Source: an uncultured Christensenella sp.
Lineage (GTDB): Bacteria; Bacillota; Clostridia; Christensenellales; UBA1242
Direction: 5' to 3'
DNA: 64,000 nucleotides
Assembly: GCA_964630515.1 (NCBI GenBank)
Contig: CAZVVP010000001.1
Location: forward strand, 1,139-65,138
The notes beneath the pieces were generated by a model. That model was not told where the DNA came from, made no database searches, and saw nothing but the letters and a program-made list of their open reading frames with translations. The position numbers and the translations under genes are program-made. Shown piece after piece: positions 43,035-52,400 of the stretch (within the stretch, counting starts at the first letter, position 1; each line of letters starts with the position of its first letter).

Positions 43035-44474
43035 TTAAATTGATTCAAAATATCTTACAAGTCTACGTTGTGCCGATTCAGTTTTTGCATACATTATCCA
43101 TCTAATTTGAGCAATATTTTTACAATGCCCTTCTTCGTCTTTTTCTAAAATAAGGTTAATCTTGTCACCGTCAGAAAGTCTTGTATAAATTGGAGTTTTT
43201 GTAGGGTTATCGTTTAGGTATGCATATTTTACACTAAAGCCAAAGTCTTTGTGAATCTTAAATGCAAAATCTAAAATAGTAGCGCCGTCTGCTATAGTTA
43301 TATCTTCGTCAGACCTAGTTTTTACAGTAATATATTTAGTAGAAACATCTTCTGTGGAATCGTCCAAGAAGCTTAAATCAATTCCGTCGCAAGTTCCGTT
43401 TCTGTAAGTCAAATAGTCCTTAAGGTTAAAAATAAATAATTGGTATTTATTTCTATATTTATCACTTATAACAATATAATTTCTATTAGTAAAAGGTTCA
43501 ATTCCATAGCCTGTAATTTTTACATCTAATGCACTTTTTTCACTAGTTAGAAATTTGAAGATGAAATCGTTAAGTTCTTTTTGAGTTATGTTGCTGTTAA
43601 TTGTAATGTATAATTTTGTTATAGCAAATTTATTTAAGTAACTTTGCTTGATGTCTTTAATCGATTTAATAAACATTGTTTCTTTGATTAGGTTAAATGT
43701 CTCAAGTTCTGTACAATGTTTAATGGAGATTTTGTGTAAATCATTTTTGTTTTTACTCTTCTTTAAATATCTTGTTAAAGTGTTAGTAAAGTTAAGTTGT
43801 AGTTCATCAAAATTTCTTTTGTTGTATGTAAAAAATTTATTGTAGATTTTGTTAAAATTTTCTATTTCATCGCTAAATCTAATCTTAAAGCATTCGTTTG
43901 CGATTTGTCTATAGAACCAAGAAGATTTGAGTATGTGGATTATTGGAATAAGCCATTTCTCAGTTTCTTTGATTTTCGCTAATTTTTTGTATGTTGGAAA
44001 AGAGTGTATTGTTCTTAAATTGTTTAGTCTATCTGCAAATTTAATATAGAAAGCATATAAATTTTCTTTACCAATACTGATTAATTTCTGATATGTTTGA
44101 GCTTCTTCTATAAATTTGGGAAATTCATCTTCGCTAAACTTGTCAAAGTCTAGTTCTATTGCGGTCACTGCGTCTACGATTTTTGCCACTATTGGATTAA
44201 AATCGTTACTCATTTCTTTAATAGTGTAATTGCAATCTTCCACTGTGTCATGAAGAAGTCCGGCACACAAAACATTAATATCAAAGTCTAGTCTGTTGAG
44301 AATTTCTGCAACTTGAATGGGGTGAAGAATATAAGGCTCTCCACTTTTTCTAAATTGATTCTTGTGAAGTTTGCTTGCTATATCATAAGCTTTAACAAAA
44401 AGTCCAATATCTACTATTTGTTTTCTCTTTAAATCGTTTAATATATTTTCATAGATTAATTCGTAATTTTCCAT
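43035..44474 (-). CDS. truncated Rel/SpoT-homologue: HD (p)ppGpp-hydrolase domain, degenerate synthetase-like middle, TGS domain
   Basis: HD domain: HKNQFRKSGEPYILHPIQVAEIL...AGLLHDTVEDC...FADRLNNLRT. TGS domain: ITVKTRSDEDITIADGATILDFAFKIHKDFG...LSDGDKINLI. The middle region lacks the synthetase acidic/EIQIRT-type motifs (YQLFIFNL in that position). Confidence 0.75.
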   Translation of the reverse strand: MENYELIYENILNDLKRKQIVDIGLFVKAYDIASKLHKNQFRKSGEPYILHPIQVAEILNRLDFDINVLCAGLLHDTVEDCNYTIKEMSNDFNPIVAKIVDAVTAIELDFDKFSEDEFPKFIEEAQTYQKLISIGKENLYAFYIKFADRLNNLRTIHSFPTYKKLAKIKETEKWLIPIIHILKSSWFYRQIANECFKIRFSDEIENFNKIYNKFFTYNKRNFDELQLNFTNTLTRYLKKSKNKNDLHKISIKHCTELETFNLIKETMFIKSIKDIKQSYLNKFAITKLYITINSNITQKELNDFIFKFLTSEKSALDVKITGYGIEPFTNRNYIVISDKYRNKYQLFIFNLKDYLTYRNGTCDGIDLSFLDDSTEDVSTKYITVKTRSDEDITIADGATILDFAFKIHKDFGFSVKYAYLNDNPTKTPIYTRLSDGDKINLILEKDEEGHCKNIAQIRWIMYAKTESAQRRLVRYFESI

Positions 44475-44479
44475 ATTTT

Positions 44480-45472
44480 TTACTCATCTTTTATTATTCT
44501 ATAGTAGTCGTCGTCTTCCATATTAGATATTTTTGCAAATCTAAACATATTGGCATCAATTAAATCTGTGACAATTGCGTTTAAACTATTTTCTACAATT
44601 TTTTTCTTTTGTAAGGTTGTTAAATCATCTTTCAGTGTGTCGTTATTAATATATAAATTTTTGAACAGGTTTATTAACTGCTCCGCTTCTGTTTCAACGT
44701 TTATATCGCTTACTCCAAGTGCAAGCAAATTATATATTTCGCCATCGGAAACTTTTAATATCTTTTTTGACATAAGTGAGAATTGTACGCAAGGCATATG
44801 TTCTCTGCCACGACTTACTGAATTAACAGTTCCAAGTCCGCCCAAATATTCGTTGTTGCTAGGTGGGTTGTTTAAAATCATTAGACTTTGGTCGTTTAAC
44901 GATTCGCTTTTTAGATAAATAAAAATTTGTTTATCGCTTGCTTCTAGTCGACCAATATACATTTGTTCCAAATTCTTATGCAAATTTTCTTTAGCTTTAG
45001 ATGAGGACAAACTATCTAGTTTGTTCTTTAAGTCTTCAGCTTCGTCTCTATTTTTGATAAAGTTGGCGTATGTGATAAATTTCTCACTAGATGGGTCTTT
45101 TATTATAGATAAAACAGCATATTTTAGAGTATTTTTGGAATAACTACTAACTTTTCCTTTGTATTCGCCACTATTGTAAAAGTATAAAAGATAAGAACCA
45201 AGAAATCTGTCCATTTTTGTATTAGTTGTAGGCTTTGTTTCTAACATTTTAGACAAGTCTGATTCTAGTAAATCATCAATATCAACACCAAAGTTTTCTT
45301 TTAGCTTGATCAAAAATGACAAACTAGGTTCTGCTTTTTTGTTAATATAATTATTGATACTTGCACAGCTAGTGGTTGTTTTTTCACTTAATTGTTTTTG
45401 GGTTAAATTGTTTTGCTTAAGTAAGAACTTTAGATTGTTATAAAATATAGTCAAATTTGTTTCTATCCCCAT
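44480..45472 (-). CDS. XRE-family HTH protein with ~250-aa uncharacterised C-terminal domain
   Basis: The N-terminal HTH is LKFLLKQNNLTQKQLSEKTTTSCASINNYINKKAEPSLSFLIKL. SD agggag precedes the start. The stop lies 5 nt before the Rel-like start. Confidence 0.75.
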   Translation of the reverse strand: MGIETNLTIFYNNLKFLLKQNNLTQKQLSEKTTTSCASINNYINKKAEPSLSFLIKLKENFGVDIDDLLESDLSKMLETKPTTNTKMDRFLGSYLLYFYNSGEYKGKVSSYSKNTLKYAVLSIIKDPSSEKFITYANFIKNRDEAEDLKNKLDSLSSSKAKENLHKNLEQMYIGRLEASDKQIFIYLKSESLNDQSLMILNNPPSNNEYLGGLGTVNSVSRGREHMPCVQFSLMSKKILKVSDGEIYNLLALGVSDINVETEAEQLINLFKNLYINNDTLKDDLTTLQKKKIVENSLNAIVTDLIDANMFRFAKISNMEDDDYYRIIKDE

Positions 45473-45659
45473 AGTTTTCTCCCTTTTGTGTTGATGATAA
45501 TAGTATACCTCAAAATGTTGTAAAAATCAACTTATTAAATATAAATTCATTATTTTGAATACAAATTTAAGTTTTTGTATTTTATTTCTTGGTTTTAATT
45601 GTTTGTTAAAGGGATTAATGGTATGTTAAAATATTAAAAAAATACTAAGGATGTATAAA

Positions 45660-46469
45660 ATGGAAGAGTTGAAAAAAGTTGCGTTAATTTATGATTTTGA
45701 CAAAACTCTAATTTCTACAAATATGCAAGAAGGGTCTTTTGTTGAGGCGTTTGATATAAGTGTTAAAGATTTTTGGGATAAAGCGAATAAAATTTCTGAG
45801 TATCAAGAATGTGATAATGTTTTGTCTGGAGTTTTGATTCCTGTGATTTTGGCTAAAGAGAAAGCAATAAAATATGATAAAGAATTTCTTAAATATCACG
45901 GAAGAAAATTGGATAACTTTTTTGACGGGGTTGAGGATTGGTTTGATAGGATAAATGACTATGGATTAAAGTGTGGTTTAGAACTTGAGCATTATGTTAT
46001 AAGTTCTGGATATCAAGAAATGATAGAAAGCTCAAAAATTGCTAGTAAGCTAAAGAAAGTTTTTGCGTGTAAATATCTTTATGATGATAATGGAGAAGTT
46101 TTGTGGCCTGCGATTGTTGTAAATTATACTCAAAAGACTCAATATATAGCAAGAATACAGAAAGGGTTAATTGATAATATAAGCGATGATAAATTGATTA
46201 ATAAGAAAATAAGTGAAAGTGATATATATATTCCATATGATAGAATGGTGTACTTTGGAGATGGGGAAACTGATGTGCCTTCTATGAGAGTTATAAAGAG
46301 TTATGGCGGGCATTGTGTATGTGTATATAACAAAAATGACAAGAGAAGTATTGGAGTGGCTAAACAGTTAAAGGAAGATGGAAGAGTGGATTATTCTGTT
46401 GAGGCGAATTATTGTGAAAATAGTGAGCTTGATAAAAAAGTTAAACGTGTTTTAAAAAATATCAAATGA
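45660..46469 (+). CDS. HAD-superfamily hydrolase
   Basis: Motif I is LIYDFDKTL. The motif III/IV region is VYFGDGETDVPSM. The ATG at 45660 has aagga 9 nt upstream, whereas the track starts at 45651. Confidence 0.6.
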   Translation: MEELKKVALIYDFDKTLISTNMQEGSFVEAFDISVKDFWDKANKISEYQECDNVLSGVLIPVILAKEKAIKYDKEFLKYHGRKLDNFFDGVEDWFDRINDYGLKCGLELEHYVISSGYQEMIESSKIASKLKKVFACKYLYDDNGEVLWPAIVVNYTQKTQYIARIQKGLIDNISDDKLINKKISESDIYIPYDRMVYFGDGETDVPSMRVIKSYGGHCVCVYNKNDKRSIGVAKQLKEDGRVDYSVEANYCENSELDKKVKRVLKNIK

Positions 46470-46472
46470 TAT

Positions 46473-46511
46473 AAAAAACTTTGGTTGCGTAGTTGTAATC
46501 AAAGTTTTTTT
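46473..46511 (+). terminator. rho-independent terminator
   Basis: aaaaaactttggtt (46473-46486) pairs with aatcaaagtttttt (46497-46510) with one G-U pair. Confidence 0.65.
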
Positions 46512-46642
46512 ATTAAAAGGTATTAAATTGTCGAAAAAATGAAAATAAAAAATTATAGCTATTGAATTTGAAATATTAATGTTTTTCTATTAGATTTTCT
46601 GTCAAGAAATAATTAACGGAAGATTTAAAGGAGATTGTTTTG

Positions 46643-47155
46643 ATGAAAAAGATTATTTTAATGCTTATTATCATGTTGTCTAGTTTAGGGTTATTTGTGG
46701 CATGTGGGAATCTGTTAGAGACAGAACAATATTTGAGAATACATATAAGAGCAAATTCTAACAGTGATGAAGACCAGAATGTTAAGTATTTAATTAAAGA
46801 TAAGGTTGTTAGTTATTTAACTCCTTACATATCAGAAAGTGAAAGCTTTGAAGATGTTGTGAATTTAATTAAAGAAAAAGAAACAGTTCTTGAATGTATG
46901 ATTGATGAAATATTGAATGAGAATGGTTTTGACTATAAAGCTAATGTACAGCTTAATAACGAATACTTTCCAACAAGAACTTACGATAATGTGACATTAG
47001 AAGGAAATTTCTATGATGCTATAATAATTAATCTTGGCGCTGGTGAGGGGGATAATTGGTGGTGTGTTGTTTATCCGCCACTTTGCTTCAAAGACACTAA
47101 AAATATAGTATACAAAAGTAAAATTGTGGAAATAATCAATCAATTTCTAAAATAA
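46643..47155 (+). CDS. spoIIR: stage II sporulation protein R
   Basis: The signal/lipobox is LSSLGLFVAC. The motifs YLRIHIRANSNSDEDQNVKYLIKDKV and GDNWWCVVYPPLCF are characteristic of SpoIIR. Confidence 0.8.
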   Translation: MKKIILMLIIMLSSLGLFVACGNLLETEQYLRIHIRANSNSDEDQNVKYLIKDKVVSYLTPYISESESFEDVVNLIKEKETVLECMIDEILNENGFDYKANVQLNNEYFPTRTYDNVTLEGNFYDAIIINLGAGEGDNWWCVVYPPLCFKDTKNIVYKSKIVEIINQFLK

Positions 47156-47159
47156 TAAA

Positions 47160-47864
47160 ATGGAGATTTTGTTAATGCAGGTTTGGTTAAAAGAGAAAGT
47201 AAATAACTTTGCAAAAATTATTTTAAGTATTTCAATTATTGTATTGGTAATTTTTGTGAGTTTAATCATGTTTCTGTTTGTAGATTTCTCAGCGAATAAA
47301 AATGTTGTATCGGCGTATAGTGAAAGTGAGGTTATACAGATACAACAGAATTTAAAAGAGCTTGGATATTTCAATGAGGAGGTTACTGGTTATTATGGAG
47401 AGATAACTAGAGGAGCTGTGTCAGATTTTCAGTACGATTATGGTTTGCCTGTAACGGGTGAAGTCGATGGTGCTACTGCGTCTGCTTTGGGGATACATTT
47501 AGGCAGTCAACAGAGCAATGATTTATATGTTTTAGCAAAGTGTATTTATGCTGAAGCTAGAGGGGAGGTTTATGAAGGACAAGTAGCAGTTGGTGCAGTA
47601 ATTCTTAATAGGGTTGCTAGTCCTGATTTTCCTAATACTATTTATGGCGTAGTATATCAGCCTTGGGCGTTTACATCTGTTAGTGATGGTCAGATGAATT
47701 TGGAGCCTGACGCAACTTCATATCAAGCAGCACAAGATGCTCTAAATGGTTGGGATCCGACTTATGGTTGCCTTTATTATTATAATCCAAATGTTGCAAC
47801 AAGTAGTTGGATTTTTGAAAGGCAAACTGTGGTCGTGATTGGAAATCATGTGTTTGCAATATAA
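47160..47864 (+). CDS. sleB: spore cortex-lytic enzyme SleB-like (TM + PG-binding domain + SleB hydrolase domain)
   Basis: PG_binding_1-like region: IQQNLKELGYFNEEVTGYYGEITRGAVSDFQYDYGLPVTGEVDG. Hydrolase_2 region: AKCIYAEARGEVYEGQVAVGAVILNRVASPDFPNTIYGVVYQPWAFTSV. An alternative start is ATG 47175. Confidence 0.85.
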   Translation: MEILLMQVWLKEKVNNFAKIILSISIIVLVIFVSLIMFLFVDFSANKNVVSAYSESEVIQIQQNLKELGYFNEEVTGYYGEITRGAVSDFQYDYGLPVTGEVDGATASALGIHLGSQQSNDLYVLAKCIYAEARGEVYEGQVAVGAVILNRVASPDFPNTIYGVVYQPWAFTSVSDGQMNLEPDATSYQAAQDALNGWDPTYGCLYYYNPNVATSSWIFERQTVVVIGNHVFAI

Positions 47865-47935
47865 AGAAATTTGTGACAACTGTATAAATACAATTGTCAA
47901 AAAATATATTGATAATGTCAAAATTTGGGTAATAT

Positions 47936-49258
47936 ATGAATAAAAAAAGTAAAGCATTTGTGATAGTTAGCATGGCAATATTAGGTGTTATAATAGTTGC
48001 TTCTTGTGTATTGTTAATATTAACTTTAGTCAAAAATAATGAGTACAAAAATAGTTTAGAGAACCAGTATCAAAGAAGTTATATGCAATTGCTAGAAAAT
48101 GTAGATGATATAGAAGTGGATTTAAGTAAGCTTATAGCGACCACATCGCATGATTCACAAAAAAGCATACTTCAAAGTGTGTATACAAATTGTGTTTTGG
48201 CGGGTGAAAATATTTCAAGTATGCCAGTTAGTTTGGACTCTTTAGTTAATGTTAATAATGTTATCAATAAAGTGGGAGGTTATGTGTATAGTCTAATCCT
48301 TAATGATACAGTTGTTGAAGGAGAGGTTTTGACAAGCATTGAGGGTTTGCATGAAAATTTGTCAGTTATAAAGTATGACCTAAACAAAGGATACTCTGAT
48401 GTGCTTAACAATAGTGTTGTCTTAACTGAGGTAACTTATGGTGAAGAAGGTAGTAGTTTTACTGCTGGTCTTGTCGGTGGAGGAAACTCCTATTCTTCTG
48501 TGCCAACTCTTATCTATGATGGGCCGTTTTCAGAAAGTGTTATGAATAAAGAGCCAATACTTTTGGAAGAGATTATAACTCAAGAAGAAGCATATATACT
48601 TGTTTCGGAGCTTGCTGAAAAATGGGAGGGGTATGAAATAGAGTATTTGGGTACTACGCTTGGCAAACTGGATACTTATAACTACAAGCTTTCTAGTGGA
48701 GAAAATGAACTATTTGTGCAGATATTACAGAATGGTGGAAAGCTTCTTTCGGCAAACTCATATGGAAATTATGAAGGTGAATATATTGACGAAGTTGGTG
48801 CTATTAAATTAGCCAAAAACATAGCGTTTGATTTTGGTTATGGTGATATGGTTGAGGTGTGGACCCAGACTGTTGGGAATATAATTTATATCAATCTTGC
48901 TCCTATAGAAGATGGTGTAATATATTACAGCGATTTGGTGAAAGTTAAAATAGATTTGAATGGTGGTGAAATTGTAGGTTGGGAAGGAACCAATTATATT
49001 TACAACCATCATGAAAGAGGTGCTTACACTTCTTCTTTAAGTATTGTGGAGGCACAATATCTGTTGAGTGATAGTTTAGAAGTGCAAGAGCGAAATTATT
49101 GTGTTATTCCAAACGAATATATAGGGGAGACTAATGCGTTTGAGTATAAATGTGTTTGGTCGGGATATACTTATTATGTGTATCTTGACTCAAATACAGG
49201 AAAAGAGCTAAATATTATGCGTGTAATTGAGACAGATAATGGAAATTTACTTGCCTAG
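47936..49258 (+). CDS. ypeB: germination protein YpeB
   Basis: An N-terminal TM is followed by NSLENQYQRSYMQLLENVDDIEVDLSKL, typical of the YpeB N-domain. The C-terminus has PepSY-like repeats. The gene is immediately downstream of sleB. Confidence 0.75.
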   Translation: MNKKSKAFVIVSMAILGVIIVASCVLLILTLVKNNEYKNSLENQYQRSYMQLLENVDDIEVDLSKLIATTSHDSQKSILQSVYTNCVLAGENISSMPVSLDSLVNVNNVINKVGGYVYSLILNDTVVEGEVLTSIEGLHENLSVIKYDLNKGYSDVLNNSVVLTEVTYGEEGSSFTAGLVGGGNSYSSVPTLIYDGPFSESVMNKEPILLEEIITQEEAYILVSELAEKWEGYEIEYLGTTLGKLDTYNYKLSSGENELFVQILQNGGKLLSANSYGNYEGEYIDEVGAIKLAKNIAFDFGYGDMVEVWTQTVGNIIYINLAPIEDGVIYYSDLVKVKIDLNGGEIVGWEGTNYIYNHHERGAYTSSLSIVEAQYLLSDSLEVQERNYCVIPNEYIGETNAFEYKCVWSGYTYYVYLDSNTGKELNIMRVIETDNGNLLA

Positions 49259-49280
49259 TTATGCACATTTTTCACGTTTT

Positions 49281-49289
49281 TGTGGATAA
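49281..49289 (-). promoter_or_regulatory. perfect DnaA-box sequence (TTATCCACA on the minus strand) upstream of giant gene 2
   Basis: tgtggataa lies at 49281-49289. With flanks, ttgtggataac is identical to 403-414 upstream of giant gene 1. Confidence 0.4.
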
Positions 49290-49303
49290 CTAAAATTTCA
49301 ATT

Positions 49304-49346
49304 TTAATTATGGTGAATTTTCACCATAATTAATTTTTTATTTTTT
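49304..49346 (+). terminator. rho-independent terminator after ypeB
   Basis: ttaattatggtgaa (49304-49317) pairs with ttcaccataattaa (49320-49333), then ttttttattttttt. Confidence 0.8.
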
Positions 49347-49365
49347 TAAATTTCTTTGTAATAAT

Positions 49366-49394
49366 TTGACCGATAATGTCGATTGTTATATAAT
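49366..49394 (+). promoter_or_regulatory. sigma-A promoter of giant gene 2
   Basis: TTGACC (49366-49371), 17-nt spacer, TATAAT (49389-49394). Confidence 0.65.
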
Positions 49395-49489
49395 ACCTAT
49401 ATAATAAAAAAATTATTATTTTTTATTTCGATGTTTGTGATTATAAAATTGCAAAATTAACAAAAAATACAAAATGAGGAAAAGGAAAA

Positions 49490-52400
49490 ATGAGAAACAT
49501 TTTGAAAGGATTGAAAAAGGTCTTTAGCGTAATTGCGGTTTTATTGTCTGCGGTTATAAGTTGCAGTTTGGTTGCTTGTTCTTGTAGTGATGACCCTTAT
49601 GCTAATATGAAGATTAAGAGTGTATCGATTGAGGCTTTTGCTGAAGGGCAAGTCAATGTTGATAATGAAAATAATAGGATTATCTTGCAGGATAGTGGGC
49701 TGAATGTTCAAGCCAACTACTTCTATCTTGATGTTTTGATAGAAGGGTATAATGGGGATAGGGAGGATATTGTTAGTATTTCTCCTGCTATTAGTTATGA
49801 GGGCTATGTAACGTTTATTAAATACGACTATTATTCCAATGGTGGATATAGAGGAGTTAAGGCTTTGTTTAACGCCATTGTTGGTGTTGAAGAAATAAAG
49901 TTTGATATTATAACTCTTGAAGGCATGATAATTGATACCTATAGCATGGAAATTGTTAATCCTATTGAAGATTTTAGTTTCTCATCAACTACAGTTCCTG
50001 TTATAAAAGGTCAGGAAAATGTAATATACGAAGCTTCAACTACTTCAAAGTACATAAACTACGTTCCAGGCAATACAACTCAGCGTGATGTGAAGTTATA
50101 TTTTAGTGATACTGATAAAGAAAACGATGGAATATATGACTTTTTGCAAGTAGAAGGAAATGAGGGAATTGTTTATCAAAATTATCAGCTATCTAATAAC
50201 AAAACTGTAGTCAAATATAAACAAAACAATGTTTTAATAGATGTATTAAGTGTTGTTGATGGAGTTTTGAAAGTTGAAAATAGCGAATTTGTGCCAGTTA
50301 AGTTTAAAGTAACAGGTTCGGTTAATAAGATTGATGGCGATGTAATAGTAAGAGAAGTTATTTTTGAAGCTTTAGAAAAAATTAATGTAAATAATGTTGG
50401 TGTTTATAATATATTGGGTGATATTGATGGTGATGGAATTGAAGATAAAGATGCGCTAGGGGTTGTAGAAACTAATAGTTCTAGTAAGACTTTTAGGTTG
50501 TATTTGCCTAACAATACTTCATCAATAGTTGATCCAAAATATAAGAAAGCAAAAGTTGAGTTTCTGTATAATGCAAATGTGTTAAAAGCTGACAAAGATA
50601 ATACAGATTATGAGTATTCGTTAGATAGGGTTGGGGTAGATGATTCTTTTGTTAGATGCTTATATGATGAAGAAAGGAAAAATGGAGTATATGAAATTTC
50701 TCACACAATATCGATAGACCAAAGCTATACTCTAGAGTTTAAGCTTTTCTATGCTGGATATTCTAACTATTTTGATGGTGTTACCGTTAAAATTGTGGTG
50801 GATATTTGTGAATATCCTGATGGAATTAGATTGTATGAGAATATTAATGATGAAATTAATGAATTGGTAGAAAACGCTACAAATAAAGATTCAATAGTTG
50901 TCTATAGTGATTATGCTGGGCAGTCTCAGGGTGCTAAAGTAATTGCAAAAGTCGTTGCAGAAGATTATGATGATACAACTGATGATGAATTGACTGCTAG
51001 TAAGTTCTCTGTTTCTGTTGTTAAGAAAGTAGAAAACAACTATGGAAATTTGACATATGAAAATTTGACAACTGACGAATTAAATAATATTCATATAAAG
51101 AATATGTTAGACAATTCTAACTTAATTGTAGCTCCTAACTCTGCTCTTCCATTAGTAGATAGTGGAAGTACTATTCTTGTTACAATTGATAATGAGATTA
51201 GTGAAGATTTAAGCAAAGCATTGGCTTTAAAGTTTGAGTCCACAGTTAATGCAAGTGGATATGTGGTAGAAAGATATATAAATATTGAGTTTGTTAGGGG
51301 AAATATTGGTTGGACAGAAAGTAGTGTTAGAAGATATATAGACTTTAATAGTACATATTTGTATGATGTTGCAAAATCTCCCGATGATCAAGTATATTTC
51401 AAACTTCCATTAAGTGATATTGCTACTTGGTCTGGAGCTAATGTTGAGACATTGAAAGGTTTCTTGTCTGAATGTGAATGTGAGGATAAGAATAGTTGTG
51501 CATGTGATAGTGCAAAAAAGATAGAAAAGATACAATTTAGGATATTTGAGAGTGATTTAAATAATCCAGTAATTAAACATAATGAGACTGGTAAAGATTA
51601 TATCTATATATCAGATAGTAGGAGTGATACTGCTGGACATATCAGTTCTCCGTATCTAAATATTCTTTTCTATAATAATAATCTTGGTAGTTGTAATATA
51701 GAGATTATGCTTCCTAATGGAAAATCCTGTATTATTACTCTTTATGTGTATTATAACTTACCTGGTGAGACTTATTTGAGTTTGGGTACAGATTATACTA
51801 AAACAGAAATTAAGTATTCTGAAGATTATGATACAGAAATCTATAAAAATGGTATAAAAGCTGAAAATCAATTTTTGACAGCAGTTCTAGGTGATAGGCA
51901 ATCATTTATTGTGAATTTGCCAATGAATGTTGGGAAAACGATAGTTAAAGAATTTGAATATAACACTATTCCTGATGGGATGACAATGAGGATAAAGTCT
52001 AATAATTCTTCTGTTGCATCAATTGATAGTGATGGAATTATTACTATTGTTGGAATTCCTACTAACACTAATAAAGACTTCTTAATTCAAGTAGAATTGA
52101 CAGGAAGAAGTCAAAAAGTTGAAAATAAAGGAGCTGCTAATGAGTATATAGATTATACTTCGACAGAATCTCAAGAATTTACTTTTGAGATTAAGGTAGT
52201 AGTTCAGACTCCAATTAAAAATATTGCATTGGATTCTACCAAGAGTGCAATATTTACACGTGATACACTTAACTATTTCGGTACAGACAATGAGTTTAGT
52301 AAGAAAGGTATTGCAACCTATTCGTTAAAGAATTTAACCAATGGAGACATTATAGATCCAAACAAAATTCTTTGGAATTTCTATTATGATGATAGTATAT

